In this document: positions 41,546 to 62,392 of the stretch, piece by piece
How the letters are laid out: every line of letters starts with the position of its first letter
How positions within the stretch are numbered: the first letter of the stretch is position 1
NCBI GenBank assembly: GCA_947445525.1
Contig: CANFDS010000004.1
Location: 191 to 64,190, forward strand
Length of the DNA: 64,000 nt
Reading direction: 5' to 3'
DNA from: Actinomycetota bacterium
Lineage (GTDB): Bacteria > Actinomycetota > Thermoleophilia > Gaiellales > Gaiellaceae
Program-made: the position numbers and the translations under genes
The notes under the pieces: model-generated
Told to the model about the DNA's origin: nothing
Databases searched by the model: none
Seen by the model: the letters and a program-made list of their open reading frames with translations, nothing else

Positions 41546-41914
41546 CTAGAGCACCTCCGGCGCGAGGCTGACAATCTTCATGTAGTTCCGCTCGCGCAAC
41601 TCGCGCGCGACCGGCCCGAAGATGCGTGTCCCACGCGGGTTCTTGTTGGCGTCGATGATCACGGCCGCGTTGTCGTCGAAGGCGATCAGCGTGCCGTCCT
41701 CGCGGCGGAACGACTTCTTCGTGCGCACGACGACGGCCTTGACGACCTCGCCCTTCTTGACCGAGCCCTGGGGGGACGCGGCCTTGACGGTGGCGACGAT
41801 GATGTCGCCGACGTACGCGTAGCGACGCTTCGAGCCACCGAGCACGCGGATGCAGAGAATCTCGCGGGCGCCGGTGTTGTCGGCGACACGGAGACGGCTT
41901 TCCTGCTGGATCAC
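41546..41914 (-). CDS. rplN: 50S ribosomal protein L14
   Basis: '[28 protein letters not shown]'. Confidence 0.95.
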   Translation of the reverse strand: MIQQESRLRVADNTGAREILCIRVLGGSKRRYAYVGDIIVATVKAASPQGSVKKGEVVKAVVVRTKKSFRREDGTLIAFDDNAAVIIDANKNPRGTRIFGPVARELRERNYMKIVSLAPEVL

Positions 41915-42567
41915 TTGGCCACCTCGACGATCTCGACGAGGCGCCAGTGCTTCGTCGCCGACAGCGGGCGCGTCTCGGCGATGCGGACGACGTCGCCCAC
42001 CTTCGCCTCGTTGCGCTCGTCATGGGCATGGAACTTCGTCGAGCGCCGCACGACCTTCTGGTAGCGCGGGTGCGCCTTGATCGTGTCGACCTTGACCACG
42101 ATCGTCTTGTCCATCTTGTCGGAGACGACGACGCCGCGGCGCTCCACGGTCCGGCCGCGGACGCTCTCGGGCTTCGGCAGGCGGACGATGGGCTTGCGCT
42201 CTGCCGGCTTGACGCGCTTCGGCTTCGCCTTGGGCGCGGCCGCGACGATCTTCTTCTTCGGGGCAGGCTTCGCAGCAGGGGCCTTTGCCGCCTTGGTGGC
42301 GGGCGCCGGCACAGGCTCCTCCACCACGGCAGGCACCTCGGCAACCACAGGCTCCTCCACCACGGCAGGCACCTCGGCAACCACAGGCTCCTCCACCACG
42401 GCAGGCACCTCGGCAACCGGCTCGGTCACCTCGGCGACAGCCTCGGGAGCGGCGTCGGCGGCAGGAGCGGCCTTCTTGCGGGTCCGCTTCGGCGCAGCCT
42501 CAGGCTCGGGCTGGCTCTCGGCCACCGGCTCCTCCGACACCTGCTCGGTCTTTTCGTCCTCAGCCAT
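41911..42567 (-). CDS. rpsQ: 30S ribosomal protein S17 with N-terminal low-complexity extension of about 135 aa
   Basis: The core '[71 protein letters not shown]' occupies the last roughly 80 aa. The ATG at 42567 lies 4 nt after the rpmC stop. The extension is A/P/E/K/V-rich. Confidence 0.85.
   Translation of the reverse strand: MAEDEKTEQVSEEPVAESQPEPEAAPKRTRKKAAPAADAAPEAVAEVTEPVAEVPAVVEEPVVAEVPAVVEEPVVAEVPAVVEEPVPAPATKAAKAPAAKPAPKKKIVAAAPKAKPKRVKPAERKPIVRLPKPESVRGRTVERRGVVVSDKMDKTIVVKVDTIKAHPRYQKVVRRSTKFHAHDERNEAKVGDVVRIAETRPLSATKHWRLVEIVEVAK
42311..42418 (-). repeat. Perfect 3 x 36-bp tandem repeat inside rpsQ
   Basis: ACAGGCTCCTCCACCACGGCAGGCACCTCGGCAACC occurs at 42311-42346, 42347-42382 and 42383-42418. 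It encodes ([12 protein letters not shown]) x3. Confidence 0.95.
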
Positions 42568-42571
42568 CACC

Positions 42572-42775
42572 CTACTTCCTCTCGAGCTGTGTCTCGCGCT
42601 CGCACCTGATCGTGAGGATCCGTGCGATCTCGCGCTTCGCCATCCGCATACGGGCCGTGTTCTCCAGCGCACCGGTCGCCGACTGGAAGCGCAGGTTGAA
42701 GAGCTCGTGGCGGGTATCCGCCAGCTTCTTCACCAGATCCTCGTCGGTGAGGTCACGCAGCTGCCTAGCCTTCAA
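42572..42775 (-). CDS. rpmC: 50S ribosomal protein L29
   Basis: '[32 protein letters not shown]'. Confidence 0.9.
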   Translation of the reverse strand: MKARQLRDLTDEDLVKKLADTRHELFNLRFQSATGALENTARMRMAKREIARILTIRCERETQLERK

Positions 42776-43190
42776 AGAGATCCGCCTCCCGCTTCACGAT
42801 CTTCGTCTTCACCGAGAGCTTGCTCCCGGCGAGGGTCAGCGCCTCACGGGCGAGCGGCTCGGGCACGCCGGCCATCTCGAACATGACGCGGCCCGGCTTG
42901 ACGACGGCGACCCACCCTTCCGGCGAGCCCTTGCCGGAGCCCATGCGGGTCTCGGCGGGCTTCTTGGTGAAGGGCTTGTCCGGGAACACGTTGATCCAGA
43001 CCTTGCCGCCGCGCTTGATCTTGCGCGTCATCGCGATACGTGCCGCCTCGATCTGCCGGTTGGTGATCCAGCCGGACTCGAGCGCCTTCAGCCCGAAGTC
43101 GCCGAACTGCACCTCGGTCTGGCCACGGCTCACGCCGCGGCGACGGCCGCGATGGTGCTTGCGAAACTTCGTCCTCTTGGGGAGCAGCAT
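42765..43190 (-). CDS. rplP: 50S ribosomal protein L16
   Basis: '[16 protein letters not shown]...[15 protein letters not shown]'. Confidence 0.95.
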   Translation of the reverse strand: MLLPKRTKFRKHHRGRRRGVSRGQTEVQFGDFGLKALESGWITNRQIEAARIAMTRKIKRGGKVWINVFPDKPFTKKPAETRMGSGKGSPEGWVAVVKPGRVMFEMAGVPEPLAREALTLAGSKLSVKTKIVKREADLFEG

Positions 43191-43193
43191 GGA

Positions 43194-44266
<1,073 letters not shown>

Positions 44267-44267
<1 letters not shown>

Positions 44268-44761
44268 TAGACAGCGGCCTCCTTCTTCTTCTTCGGCGCG
44301 TTCTTGCGCGCGGGCTTGGCCGGCTTCTCCGGGCCACCCTCGGCGGGGGGCGTGGCAGCAGCTGCGGCCGAGGCCGCGGCACGCCGCGGCGAGACACCCT
44401 TCGGGTTCTCGCCGATCACGATGGTGACGTGACACGTCCGCTTGTTGATGCGGTTCACGCGGCCGCGGGCGCGGGCCCGCCAACGCTTGAGCGTCGGGCC
44501 CTCGTCGGCGTAGGCGTGGAGGATGACGAGGCCGTCGGCGTCGTCGAAGCCGTGATTGGCCTCGGCGTTCGCGGCGGCGGAGCGGAGAATCGCCTGGATG
44601 TCGGTGGCCGCCGCCCGCGGGGTGAACGCGAGGATCGTGCGGGCCTCGGCCACGCTCTTGCCACGGATGTGCTCGAGCACGATGCGGGCCTTGCGGGCCG
44701 ACATGCGGAGCGTCTTGGCGGACGCGCGCACCTGCGTGGGGCTCTCGGTTGCCGTCGCCAT
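44267..44761 (-). CDS. rplV: 50S ribosomal protein L22 (with C-terminal extension of about 45 aa)
   Basis: '[25 protein letters not shown]......I..L.SA.ANAE'. The tail is '[40 protein letters not shown]'. Confidence 0.95.
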
Positions 44762-45045
44762 CAGCGCTTCTTCACCTGCGTCTGGCGGTCGCCCGCGTGG
44801 CCCCGGAAGGTCCGCGTGGGGGCGAACTCGCCGAGCTTATGCCCGACCATCGACTCGCTCACGAAGACGGGTACATGCTTGCGCCCGTCGTGGACGGCGA
44901 TGGTGTGCCCGACAAACTCAGGGAAGATCGTCGACGAGCGCGACCAGGTGCGAAGCAGACGCTTCTCGCCGGTGTCGTTCATCGACTGGATCCGACCCAT
45001 GAGCCGCTCGTCCACGAACGGCCCCTTCTTGGCAGAACGGCCCAT
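44761..45045 (-). CDS. rpsS: 30S ribosomal protein S19
   Basis: '[14 protein letters not shown]...[16 protein letters not shown]...[18 protein letters not shown]'. Confidence 0.95.
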   Translation of the reverse strand: MGRSAKKGPFVDERLMGRIQSMNDTGEKRLLRTWSRSSTIFPEFVGHTIAVHDGRKHVPVFVSESMVGHKLGEFAPTRTFRGHAGDRQTQVKKR

Positions 45046-45885
45046 TTAGCGCTTCTCCTTGCCGCGGCGCCGGCCGCGCACAATCAGCTTGTCGGAATCC
45101 TTGTGCTTCGGGCGCGTGCGCTTGCCGAGCGTCGGCACGCCCCACGGGGTCACCGGATGGTGGCCCTTCGACTTGCCCTCGCCGCCACCGTGCGGGTGGT
45201 CGACCGGGTTCATTGCGGTACCGCGGACGCCCGGGCGCTTGCCCAGCCACCGGCTGCGTCCGGCCTTGCCGCTCGAGATGTTCTCGTGATCGACGTTGCC
45301 AACCTGGCCGACCGTGGCCCGGCAGGTGAGCGGGACGCGACGCATCTCGCTCGACGGCAGCCGCAGCACGGCGAAGCCCTCGTCCTTGGCCACGAGCTGG
45401 ATCGAGGCGCCGGCGCTGCGCGCCATCTGCCCGCCCCGGCCCGGCTGGAGCTCGACGTTGTGCACGAGCGTGCCCGTCGGGATGTTGGCGAGCGGGAGGG
45501 CGTTGCCCGGCTTGATGTCGGCGTTCGGGCCCGACTCGACGATGGCACCGACCTCGAGCCGTGCCGGCGCGATGATGTACGCCTTGGCGCCGTCGAGGTA
45601 GTGGAGCAGCGCGATCCGAGCCGAGCGATTCGGGTCATACTCGATCGCTGCGACCTTGGCCGGCACGCCGTCCTTGGTGCGCTTGAAGTCGATGATGCGA
45701 TAGCGCCGCTTGTGACCGCCACCCTGGTGACGCGTGGTGATGCGCCCGTGGTGGTTGCGGCCGCCCTTGCGGGTGATCGGCTCGAGCAGGCTCTTCTCGG
45801 GCTTCGACTTGGTGATGTCGTCGAAAGCCGAGATCGCCATCTGGCGGCGGCCCGGGGAGGTCGGCTTGAAACGCTTGATCGCCAC
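45046..45885 (-). CDS. rplB: 50S ribosomal protein L2
   Basis: 'GGRN..GRIT.RH.GGGHKR.YR.IDF' and '[14 protein letters not shown]'. Confidence 0.95.
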   Translation of the reverse strand: MAIKRFKPTSPGRRQMAISAFDDITKSKPEKSLLEPITRKGGRNHHGRITTRHQGGGHKRRYRIIDFKRTKDGVPAKVAAIEYDPNRSARIALLHYLDGAKAYIIAPARLEVGAIVESGPNADIKPGNALPLANIPTGTLVHNVELQPGRGGQMARSAGASIQLVAKDEGFAVLRLPSSEMRRVPLTCRATVGQVGNVDHENISSGKAGRSRWLGKRPGVRGTAMNPVDHPHGGGEGKSKGHHPVTPWGVPTLGKRTRPKHKDSDKLIVRGRRRGKEKR

Positions 45886-46181
45886 TAGACCTGTGCCCCC
45901 TCGAAGAACTCGATCGTGTCGCCGTCACGCAGCTGGACGATGGCCTTCTTCCAGCCCGGGCGCGTGCCCTTGAACAGGCCACGGCGCTTCGGCTTCGCCT
46001 GCACCTTGATGATGTTGACCTTCACGACCTTGACGTCGAAGAGCTGCTCGACGGCCTGGCGGATCTGGGTCTTGTGCGCGTCCTTGTGCACCTTGAACGA
46101 GTACTTGTGATCCTCGATCAGCTTGTAGCTCTTCTCCGAGACGACCGGAGCGAGCAGCACCTCGTTGGGATGGAGCGACAC
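45885..46181 (-). CDS. rplW: 50S ribosomal protein L23
   Basis: The GTG start gives '[18 protein letters not shown]...[26 protein letters not shown]', 98 aa. The upstream part of the 242-aa ORF overlaps rplD out of frame. Confidence 0.9.
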   Translation of the reverse strand: MSLHPNEVLLAPVVSEKSYKLIEDHKYSFKVHKDAHKTQIRQAVEQLFDVKVVKVNIIKVQAKPKRRGLFKGTRPGWKKAIVQLRDGDTIEFFEGAQV

Positions 46182-46807
46182 TACGCGGCCCTCCTCTGCA
46201 GCAGCTCGAGCGACGCCCCGGTGACGAGCAGCGAGCGGGCCCAGACGAGCGCGACGACCTCGACCTCGGACGGCAGGATCACAACGACCCGGTCGAGGTT
46301 GCGGAAGGACTTGAACACGCCGACCTCGGCCTCGGTGGCCACGACGATCGTCGGGGTGCTCTTGCCCCAGGACGCGAGCAGCGCGGCGCCGGCCTTGGTT
46401 GACGGCGTGGCGAACGCCGAGGCGTCCACGATGCCGAGCGTTCCGCCCTGCGCATGATCCGAGAGGGCCGCACGCAGCGCCGCATGGCGGGCCTTGCGGT
46501 TGACCTTGACCTCGAAGCCGCGCATCTGCGGCGCAAACACGACACCGCCGCCCGTCCACTGGGGGGCACGGGTCGTGCCCTGGCGGGCGCGGCCGGTGCC
46601 CTTCTGGCGCCATGGCTTGGCACCGCCGCCGGACACCATGCCGCGGGTCTTCGAGCCACGGGTGCCCGCGCGAGCGGCATTCAGCTCGGCGCGCACGGTC
46701 TCGTGCACGAGGTGCGGCTTGACGTCGGCAGCGAAGATCGCCTCATCGAGGGTGACCTCGCCGGTCGTCTTGCCCGGCTGGAGGACGGGAGCCTTGGGAG
46801 CAGCCAT
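46181..46807 (-). CDS. rplD: 50S ribosomal protein L4
   Basis: 'GGGAKPWRQKGTGRARQGTTRAPQW.GGGVVF'. Confidence 0.95.
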   Translation of the reverse strand: MAAPKAPVLQPGKTTGEVTLDEAIFAADVKPHLVHETVRAELNAARAGTRGSKTRGMVSGGGAKPWRQKGTGRARQGTTRAPQWTGGGVVFAPQMRGFEVKVNRKARHAALRAALSDHAQGGTLGIVDASAFATPSTKAGAALLASWGKSTPTIVVATEAEVGVFKSFRNLDRVVVILPSEVEVVALVWARSLLVTGASLELLQRRAA

Positions 46808-46809
46808 CG

Positions 46810-47427
46810 CTATGCCTCCTCCCGAATCTCGACGATCCCGTTGCGCGGGCCCGGAACCGAGCCCTTGATGAGGATCAGATTGTTCTCGGGCTCGACCGAG
46901 TGCACGGTCAGCCCGACCTGCGTGCGGCGCTTCGCGCCCATGTGACCGGACATCTTCATGCCCTTCATGACGCGCGACGGCGTGGCCGACGCGCCGATCG
47001 AGCCCGGCGCGCGCTTGTTGTGCGAGCCGTGGGACATCGGCCCGCGGTGGAAGTTGTGCCGCTTGATCGTGCCCGCGAAGCCCTTGCCGATGCCGATACC
47101 GGCGACCTTGATCTTGTCGCCCGGCTGGAAGGTCTCGACCGTGACGTTGTCGCCGACAGCGAGGCTGGCCTCGCCGCGGAACTCGACCAGGTGGCGGTGC
47201 GCGCCAACGCCGGCCTTGCGGAGATGGCCGATCTCGGGCTTGGTGATCTTGCGGTCGGCGACCGGCTCGTAGGCGAGCTGAACGGCGGTGTAGCCGTCGG
47301 CCTCGACCGAGCGAACCTGGGTCACCGGGCAGGGGCCGGCCTCGATCACGGTGACCGGCGTGACGACGCCGCTCTCCGGGTCGAAGATCTGGCTCATGCC
47401 CAGCTTTCTGCCGATGATTCCCTTCAT
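46810..47427 (-). CDS. rplC: 50S ribosomal protein L3
   Basis: 'MKGIIGRKLGMSQIF...GKGFAG.IKRHNF..GP.SHGS...R.PGSIG'. Confidence 0.95.
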   Translation of the reverse strand: MKGIIGRKLGMSQIFDPESGVVTPVTVIEAGPCPVTQVRSVEADGYTAVQLAYEPVADRKITKPEIGHLRKAGVGAHRHLVEFRGEASLAVGDNVTVETFQPGDKIKVAGIGIGKGFAGTIKRHNFHRGPMSHGSHNKRAPGSIGASATPSRVMKGMKMSGHMGAKRRTQVGLTVHSVEPENNLILIKGSVPGPRNGIVEIREEA

Positions 47428-47434
47428 GACAGGC

Positions 47435-47743
47435 TCACAGCTTGATCTCAATGTCGACGCCGGCAGGGAGGTCGAGCCGCATCAGCGAGTCGACCGTCTT
47501 CGGCGTGGGGCTGTGGATGTCGATCAGCCGCTTGTGCGTGCGGATCTCGAAGTGCTCCCGCGAGTCCTTGTCCTTGAATGGACTCCGGATCACGCAGTAC
47601 ACGTTCTTCTCGGTCGGCAGCGGCACCGGGCCGGTGATGGTGGCCCCGGTGCGCTGCGCCGTCTCGACGATGTCCCGCGCCGACTTGTCGAGCTGATGAT
47701 GGTCATAGCCCTTGAGGCGGATGCGGATCTTCTGCTGAGCCAT
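47435..47743 (-). CDS. rpsJ: 30S ribosomal protein S10
   Basis: '[31 protein letters not shown]...GPVPLPT...[23 protein letters not shown]'. Confidence 0.95.
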   Translation of the reverse strand: MAQQKIRIRLKGYDHHQLDKSARDIVETAQRTGATITGPVPLPTEKNVYCVIRSPFKDKDSREHFEIRTHKRLIDIHSPTPKTVDSLMRLDLPAGVDIEIKL

Positions 47744-47759
47744 GACGTCGCCCGCCCCT

Positions 47760-48950
<1,191 letters not shown>

Positions 48951-48968
48951 AGCTCCTCGTCTCCTCTC

Positions 48969-51053
48969 TTACGCCCGTGCGTCGACGATGGCGCCCGCGA
49001 TCGACTGCGGCACATCCTCGTAGCGCTCGAACTGCATGGTGAAAGTGGCACGGCCCTGGCTCATCGAACGCAGGTCCGTCGCGTAACCGAACATCTCTGA
49101 CAGCGGCACCTTGGCCGTGACCGTCTGCGCGTTGCCGCGCGGCTCCATGTGCTCGACGCGGCCGCGCCGCGAATTGAGGTTGCCCATGACATCGCCGACG
49201 TAGTCGTCAGGTGTGACGACCTCGACGGCCATCACCGGCTCGAGCAGCTTCGGACCCGCCTTGCGCATGGCCTCCTTGAAGGCGATCGAACCGGCGATCT
49301 TGAAGGCGCGCTCGCTGGAGTCGACCTCGTGGTACTTGCCGTCGATCAGCGACACGCGCACGTCGACGACGGGGAAGCCGGCGAGCACGCCGGACTCCAT
49401 TGCCTCCTGGATGCCGGCGTCGACCGCAGGGATGTACTCCTTCGGCACCGAGCCGCCGACGACCTTGTCCAGGAACTCGTAGCCCGCGCCGGGCTCGCCC
49501 GGCTCCAGCCGGAGGACGACCACGGCGTACTGGCCGGAGCCGCCGGTCTGGCGGATGAAGCGCAGCTCGTGCTTCTCGATCGTCCGGCCGATGGTCTCGC
49601 GGTACGCAACCTGCGGGCGACCGACGTTCGCAGCGACGTTGAACTCGCGCATGAGCCTGTCGACGATGATCTCGAGGTGGAGCTCCCCCATGCCGGCGAT
49701 GATGGTCTGGCCGGTCTCCTCGTCGGAGCGCACGCGGAAGGTTGGATCCTCCTCGGCAAGGCGCTGCAGGCCGGCGGCGAGCTTGTCCTGGTCGCTCTTC
49801 GTCTTCGGCTCGATGGCGACCGCGATCACCGGATCGGGGAACGTCATCCGCTCCAGCACGATCGGCGCGTTGTCGGCGGCGAGCGTGTCGCCCGTCGTCG
49901 TGAACTTGAGGCCGACGGCGGCGGCGATGTCGCCCGCGCCGATGTCCTCGCGCTCCTCGCGGTGGTTCGCGTGCATCTGGAGGATACGGCTGATCCGCTC
50001 GGTCTTGCCGTTCGTCGTGTTCTGGACACGATCGCCGGCCTTGATCTTGCCGGAGTAGACGCGGAAGTACGTGAGCTTGCCGACGAACGGGTCGGTCATG
50101 ACCTTGAAGGCCAGGGCCGCGAACGGGTCGTCCTCGGAGGCACGGCGCGACAGCTCGTTCTCGGTGCGCGGATCGATCCCGTGGATCGCCGGTACGTCGA
50201 GCGGGCTCGGCAGGTAATCGATGATCGCGTCGAGCAGCGGCTGCACGCCCTTGTTCTTGAAGGCGGAGCCGAGCACGACCGGCGTGATCTTGTCGGCGAG
50301 CGTGCCCACGCGGAGCGCGCGCCGCAGCATGGCCGGGGTGACCGCGTCCTCATCGGTGAGGTAGGTCTCCATCAGCTCTTCGTCGAACTCCGCGATCGCG
50401 TCGATCAGCAGGTGGTGGTACTCGTGCGCCTGGTCGGCGAGCTCGGCGGGGATGTCCCCGACCTCCATCGCGGTGCCGAGGTCGTCGCTGTAGACGATCG
50501 CCTGCATCTCGACCAGGTCGACGACGCCGCGGTGATGCTCCTCCTGGCCGACCGGGATCTGGATGATCACCGGGTTGGCGCCGAGGCGGTCGATCATCGA
50601 CTTGACTGCGGCGAAGAAGTCGGCGCCGGTGCGATCCATCTTGTTGATGAACGAGATCCGGGGCACCTCGTAGCGGTTGGCCTGGCGCCAGACGGTCTCG
50701 GACTGCGGCTGGACGCCTGCGACCGAGTCGAAGACGGCGACGGCGCCGTCGAGCACGCGGAGGCTGCGCTCGACCTCGACCGTAAAGTCCACGTGCCCGG
50801 GCGTATCGATAATGTTGATCCGATGGTCGCGCCACTCCGCCGTCGTCGCGGCCGACGTGATCGTGATGCCGCGCTCCTGCTCCTGCGCCATCCAGTCCAT
50901 GACGGCTGCGCCCTCGTGAACCTCGCCCATCTTGTGGGTGCGGCCGGTGAAGTACAGGATCCGCTCGGTGGTCGTAGTCTTGCCCGCGTCGATGTGGGCC
51001 ATGATCCCGATGTTCCGGACGCGGTCGAGCCCGACTGTTGTTGAAGAAGCCAT
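48969..51053 (-). CDS. fusA: Elongation factor G
   Basis: '[21 protein letters not shown]', '[11 protein letters not shown]', 'NKMDR'. Confidence 0.97.
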   Translation of the reverse strand: MASSTTVGLDRVRNIGIMAHIDAGKTTTTERILYFTGRTHKMGEVHEGAAVMDWMAQEQERGITITSAATTAEWRDHRINIIDTPGHVDFTVEVERSLRVLDGAVAVFDSVAGVQPQSETVWRQANRYEVPRISFINKMDRTGADFFAAVKSMIDRLGANPVIIQIPVGQEEHHRGVVDLVEMQAIVYSDDLGTAMEVGDIPAELADQAHEYHHLLIDAIAEFDEELMETYLTDEDAVTPAMLRRALRVGTLADKITPVVLGSAFKNKGVQPLLDAIIDYLPSPLDVPAIHGIDPRTENELSRRASEDDPFAALAFKVMTDPFVGKLTYFRVYSGKIKAGDRVQNTTNGKTERISRILQMHANHREEREDIGAGDIAAAVGLKFTTTGDTLAADNAPIVLERMTFPDPVIAVAIEPKTKSDQDKLAAGLQRLAEEDPTFRVRSDEETGQTIIAGMGELHLEIIVDRLMREFNVAANVGRPQVAYRETIGRTIEKHELRFIRQTGGSGQYAVVVLRLEPGEPGAGYEFLDKVVGGSVPKEYIPAVDAGIQEAMESGVLAGFPVVDVRVSLIDGKYHEVDSSERAFKIAGSIAFKEAMRKAGPKLLEPVMAVEVVTPDDYVGDVMGNLNSRRGRVEHMEPRGNAQTVTAKVPLSEMFGYATDLRSMSQGRATFTMQFERYEDVPQSIAGAIVDARA

Positions 51054-51068
51054 CTCTCTCCTGCCGCG

Positions 51069-51539
51069 CTACCAGCGGTAGTGCGCGAAGGCCTTGTTGG
51101 CCTGCGCCATCCGGTAGAGGTCGTCCTTCTTCTTGAACGCTGCGCCCTGCGAGTTGAGGGCGTCCATGATCTCGCCCGCAAGCCTCTCGACCATCGCCTT
51201 CTCGCGGCGGTCGCGAGCGTAGGAGACGAGCCAGCGCACGGCGAGCGTGCGGGCGCGGCGCTGCGGCACCTCGATCGGCACCTGGTAGTTGGCACCACCG
51301 ACGCGGCGGCTGCGCACCTCGAGCACCGGCGTGAGCGCCTTGATGGCACCCTCGAGCGCCTCCACCTGCGGCTTGCCGGTCTTCTCGGTGACGCGGTCGA
51401 GCGCGGCGTAGACGATCTTCTCGGCCGTCGACTTCTTGCCCCCGACCATCACGCGGTTGATGATCTGCGAGACGAGCCGGGAGTTGTGGACGGGGTCCGG
51501 CTCGAGCGGCCGGATGTGGATCTCTGCGCGACGTGGCAT
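51069..51539 (-). CDS. rpsG: 30S ribosomal protein S7
   Basis: 'MPRRAEI..R...PDPV.NS.LV...IN..M..GKKS.AE'. Confidence 0.95.
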   Translation of the reverse strand: MPRRAEIHIRPLEPDPVHNSRLVSQIINRVMVGGKKSTAEKIVYAALDRVTEKTGKPQVEALEGAIKALTPVLEVRSRRVGGANYQVPIEVPQRRARTLAVRWLVSYARDRREKAMVERLAGEIMDALNSQGAAFKKKDDLYRMAQANKAFAHYRW

Positions 51540-51913
51540 TAGGAGCTGGCCCGCTTCGCGCCGTACTTCGAGCGCGCCTGGCGGCGATCCGAGACGCCGG
51601 AGGCGTCGAGCGCCGCGCGGATGACCTTGTACCGCACACCCGGGAGGTCCTTGACGCGACCGCCGCGGATGAGCACCACGGAATGCTCCTGGAGGTTGTG
51701 GCCCTCACCCGGAATGTAGGTGGTGACCTCCATGCCGTTCGTCAGCCTCACGCGGGCAACCTTCCGGAGGGCGGAGTTCGGCTTCTTCGGCGTCGTCGTA
51801 TAGACGCGCGTGCAGACGCCGCGCTTCTGCGGGGCACCACGCAGCGCAGGGGTCTTCGTCTTGGCGTTCTTGGTCGAGCGACCCTTGCGAACAAGCTGAT
51901 TGACCGTCGGCAA
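51539..51913 (-). CDS. rpsL: 30S ribosomal protein S12
   Basis: TTG start at 51913 with SD AGGAG 5 nt upstream gives '[11 protein letters not shown]...[30 protein letters not shown]'. Confidence 0.93.
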   Translation of the reverse strand: MPTVNQLVRKGRSTKNAKTKTPALRGAPQKRGVCTRVYTTTPKKPNSALRKVARVRLTNGMEVTTYIPGEGHNLQEHSVVLIRGGRVKDLPGVRYKVIRAALDASGVSDRRQARSKYGAKRASS

Positions 51914-51987
51914 ACGAACTCCTGATACGTCGTGGTGGCACAAGGATAAACCGGCAGCGAGGGCACTCCTGCCAGCCAGGCTTGAGA

Positions 51988-52017
51988 ATGGTAGCGGACA
52001 GGCGGCGCCCGCGTCAA
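51988..52017 (-). promoter_or_regulatory. Candidate promoter of the rpsL-rpsG-fusA-tuf (str) operon
   Basis: On the minus strand: TTGACG (52017-52012), an 18-nt spacer, TACCAT (51993-51988). It lies about 75 nt upstream of the rpsL TTG and immediately after the stop of the upstream hypothetical gene. Confidence 0.45.
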
Positions 52018-52039
52018 AGAGACTGCGCTACGCCACCAC

Positions 52040-53905
52040 TCAGTTGAGCCTCAGGTACGGAACATACAGGGTGAGGTCGACGGAGCCCACCGGCGGCAGG
52101 TCGTCGCGCAGGCACGTCGCGACGTCCAGTGCTGCCGGCTGGCGTGCGGCATTCCACGCCTCGAGGGCATCGGCGCGGGCATAGGCCATCAACGCGTCGC
52201 GGATGGCAGGCGTGGCCACCCCCAGTGACAGCGAGCCGAGCGGCACCGCCTGGCCGATAGCCCGTACCGAGAAGCGCCCCGCAGTGGTGCGCATGCCCTC
52301 GACGACGCCGGTGGCGAACTGGAACACGCGCAGCGGCGCGATCGACGAGAGCGCGAGACCCCGCGTGCGGCCACCGAGCCACGACGCCGCCGGACTCGCC
52401 TCGACGAGCCGCACGGAGATGTCCGCGTTGGCGGCATAGAAGTCGGCGATCGTCGCGGCCGTCGGCTCCGGCACCGGCAGCGTCGCCTGGACGCGGGCAC
52501 GCCGGAGCACGTCTGCGAGGATTGCGCGTGCCTGCTCCAATCCGATCGCCGCGCGGCCGAGCGCCTCCTCGTAGAGACGACGGACGCCGCGGAAGCGCGT
52601 GAGGATGATCGCCCGCTCGGCGTCGAGCACGTCCGACTCCGCGACCTCGCCGGCCGACCGCCGCTCGACGAGCCGCTCGAGCAGCGCCGTAGCGGCCACG
52701 TCGCGGTCACCGGTCAGCCTGGCGAGCGCATCGATGTCGGCGGTCGTGATGGTGTCGGCACCGAGGACGCACTCACTGCCGGCCGCCAGCTGGATCTGCC
52801 CGTCCTGGAGGTCGGCGTCGAAGCCGGGCCCCGCCTGCCCGGGCGCGTCGCAGAGGCTCTGGTCGCGCGCCCACAGGGCGACGCAGGCCGCGGTCGGCTT
52901 GTCCGGGTCGTTGCCGGCTGCGGTGAAGGTGCCCCAGCCCCAGTTCCAGAGGGTCGAGATCGGCAGCTCCACCGCCACCTGGCGCGCGGACAGCGTCTCG
53001 ATCTTGACCATGTCGAACCAGGCGCTCGCAGGCTGCAGGCCCTCGCGGCCGCCGTAGCCCTGCTCGCTCATGAAGCCGATCATCAGGCCGATGCGCGCGG
53101 GCGGGATGCCGATCGCGGTGAGGTCGGAGATCGCGCTACGGAAGGCCGTCCGGATCGTCCGCCCGGCCCTGAGCGGCCCGAGCGCCGACAGCGTGCGCGC
53201 ATTGAGATACACCTGGCGCACGAGATCGGCGACGCCGGCGACCTGCTGCCACCAGGCTGCCGCCTCGCCACCCGTGTAGATGGAGCCCGGGACCAGCAGG
53301 AAGGGCCGCGCGCCGCGCGCCTGCAGGCTCTTCACCAACCCGAAGACGTTGGCGCGGTACTGCGCGTTGTTCACGGTCCAGGGCGTCGTCGTCGACGGGC
53401 CGTTCAGCTCGTTGATCGCGATCAGCGGTGTGGCACACCCCGAGGCGGCGACAGCCCTGTTGAACAGCTGCGCGGCTACCGGCTCGATCGTGGTCGGGTC
53501 GGCGGGGCTCGCTGTCGTGCCGACGTAGCGGCCGAGCTTCATCTCCCAGTAGATCGTCCGGGCGCCGCCGGCCCGCAGGGCCGGCGAGACGATGGTACCC
53601 GAGCTCGCCGCGATGACACCGGGGCGTGCGAATACCGACTGGCGGAATGCGACGCTGCCCTCGGCGTAGTCGATCCAGTGCGGCTGCGTGTCCGGCAGGT
53701 CGCACTGGCCTGCGCGGGCTGCGCGGGCTGCGCCGAGCAGGGCGCCGCCGGCGACCAGCGTGTGGCCGCTCACCACAGTCGCGGCCGAGGCAGGCGCCGA
53801 AGCGACTCCGGCACCCCAGGCCGCGAGCAACACGGCAACGAGAGCGGCGCCACCGCCGCTGGCAGCGGCCGCAGTGACGCGAAAGGCCTGGAGCCGGCTC
53901 GACAA
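52040..53905 (-). CDS. Secreted hypothetical protein (621 aa) between rpoC and rpsL
   Basis: TTG start at 53905 with GGAG 6 nt upstream, 25 nt after the rpoC stop. The signal peptide is 'MSSRLQAFRVTAAAASGGGAALVAVLLAAWGAGVASAPASA'. The central part has a strand pattern with 'IAINELNGP' and 'IGFMSEQG', possibly GH-A TIM-barrel-like. The C-terminal roughly 250 aa are helical. I recognise no family with confidence. Confidence 0.65.
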   Translation of the reverse strand: MSSRLQAFRVTAAAASGGGAALVAVLLAAWGAGVASAPASAATVVSGHTLVAGGALLGAARAARAGQCDLPDTQPHWIDYAEGSVAFRQSVFARPGVIAASSGTIVSPALRAGGARTIYWEMKLGRYVGTTASPADPTTIEPVAAQLFNRAVAASGCATPLIAINELNGPSTTTPWTVNNAQYRANVFGLVKSLQARGARPFLLVPGSIYTGGEAAAWWQQVAGVADLVRQVYLNARTLSALGPLRAGRTIRTAFRSAISDLTAIGIPPARIGLMIGFMSEQGYGGREGLQPASAWFDMVKIETLSARQVAVELPISTLWNWGWGTFTAAGNDPDKPTAACVALWARDQSLCDAPGQAGPGFDADLQDGQIQLAAGSECVLGADTITTADIDALARLTGDRDVAATALLERLVERRSAGEVAESDVLDAERAIILTRFRGVRRLYEEALGRAAIGLEQARAILADVLRRARVQATLPVPEPTAATIADFYAANADISVRLVEASPAASWLGGRTRGLALSSIAPLRVFQFATGVVEGMRTTAGRFSVRAIGQAVPLGSLSLGVATPAIRDALMAYARADALEAWNAARQPAALDVATCLRDDLPPVGSVDLTLYVPYLRLN

Positions 53906-53930
53906 CGCCGGCTCCAGGCCCGTTCTGCGA

Positions 53931-58463
<4,533 letters not shown>

Positions 58464-58501
58464 GGTTCTGTTCCCGTCTTTCAGAAGGTCAGCGGGGTGC
58501 G

Positions 58502-62149
<3,648 letters not shown>

Positions 62150-62219
62150 ATGCGACAGCTCCCTTGTTAATTGCGGCTTAGCGGGGCGACGAAAGGCAGT
62201 ACTTCAGGCGCAACCCGTC

Positions 62220-62249
62220 ATACTAGATGAAGGACATGCCCTGGCGCAA
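62220..62249 (-). promoter_or_regulatory. Candidate internal promoter upstream of rpoB
   Basis: On the minus strand: TTGCGC (62249-62244), an 18-nt spacer, TAGTAT (62225-62220). It sits in the relatively AT-rich 262-nt rplL-rpoB spacer. Confidence 0.35.
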
Positions 62250-62362
62250 GCCGAACGGGGCCCGGTGAGCCGTGCGAGGCCCACCACTATAGCGAACACC
62301 GGATACCCGGCGCGGGTCGGGCGTCAACCACCCAGCGACGCCGACGCCACCGGCCGGAAAGC

Positions 62363-62392
62363 GCTGGGGGCCACCAACAGGCAGCCCCCAGC
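62363..62392 (-). terminator. Hairpin downstream of rplL (candidate partial terminator/attenuator before rpoB)
   Basis: 9-bp stem GCTGGGGGC/GCCCCCAGC with a 12-nt loop. On the minus strand it is followed by GCTTTCC, a short T-tract. It lies 20 nt after the rplL stop. Confidence 0.4.

Noticed and set aside
42311-42418. CRISPR-like or satellite repeat.
   Set aside because: The three 36-bp units are directly adjacent with no spacers. They are in frame within rpsQ and translate to a sensible peptide repeat. This is a coding tandem repeat, not a CRISPR array.
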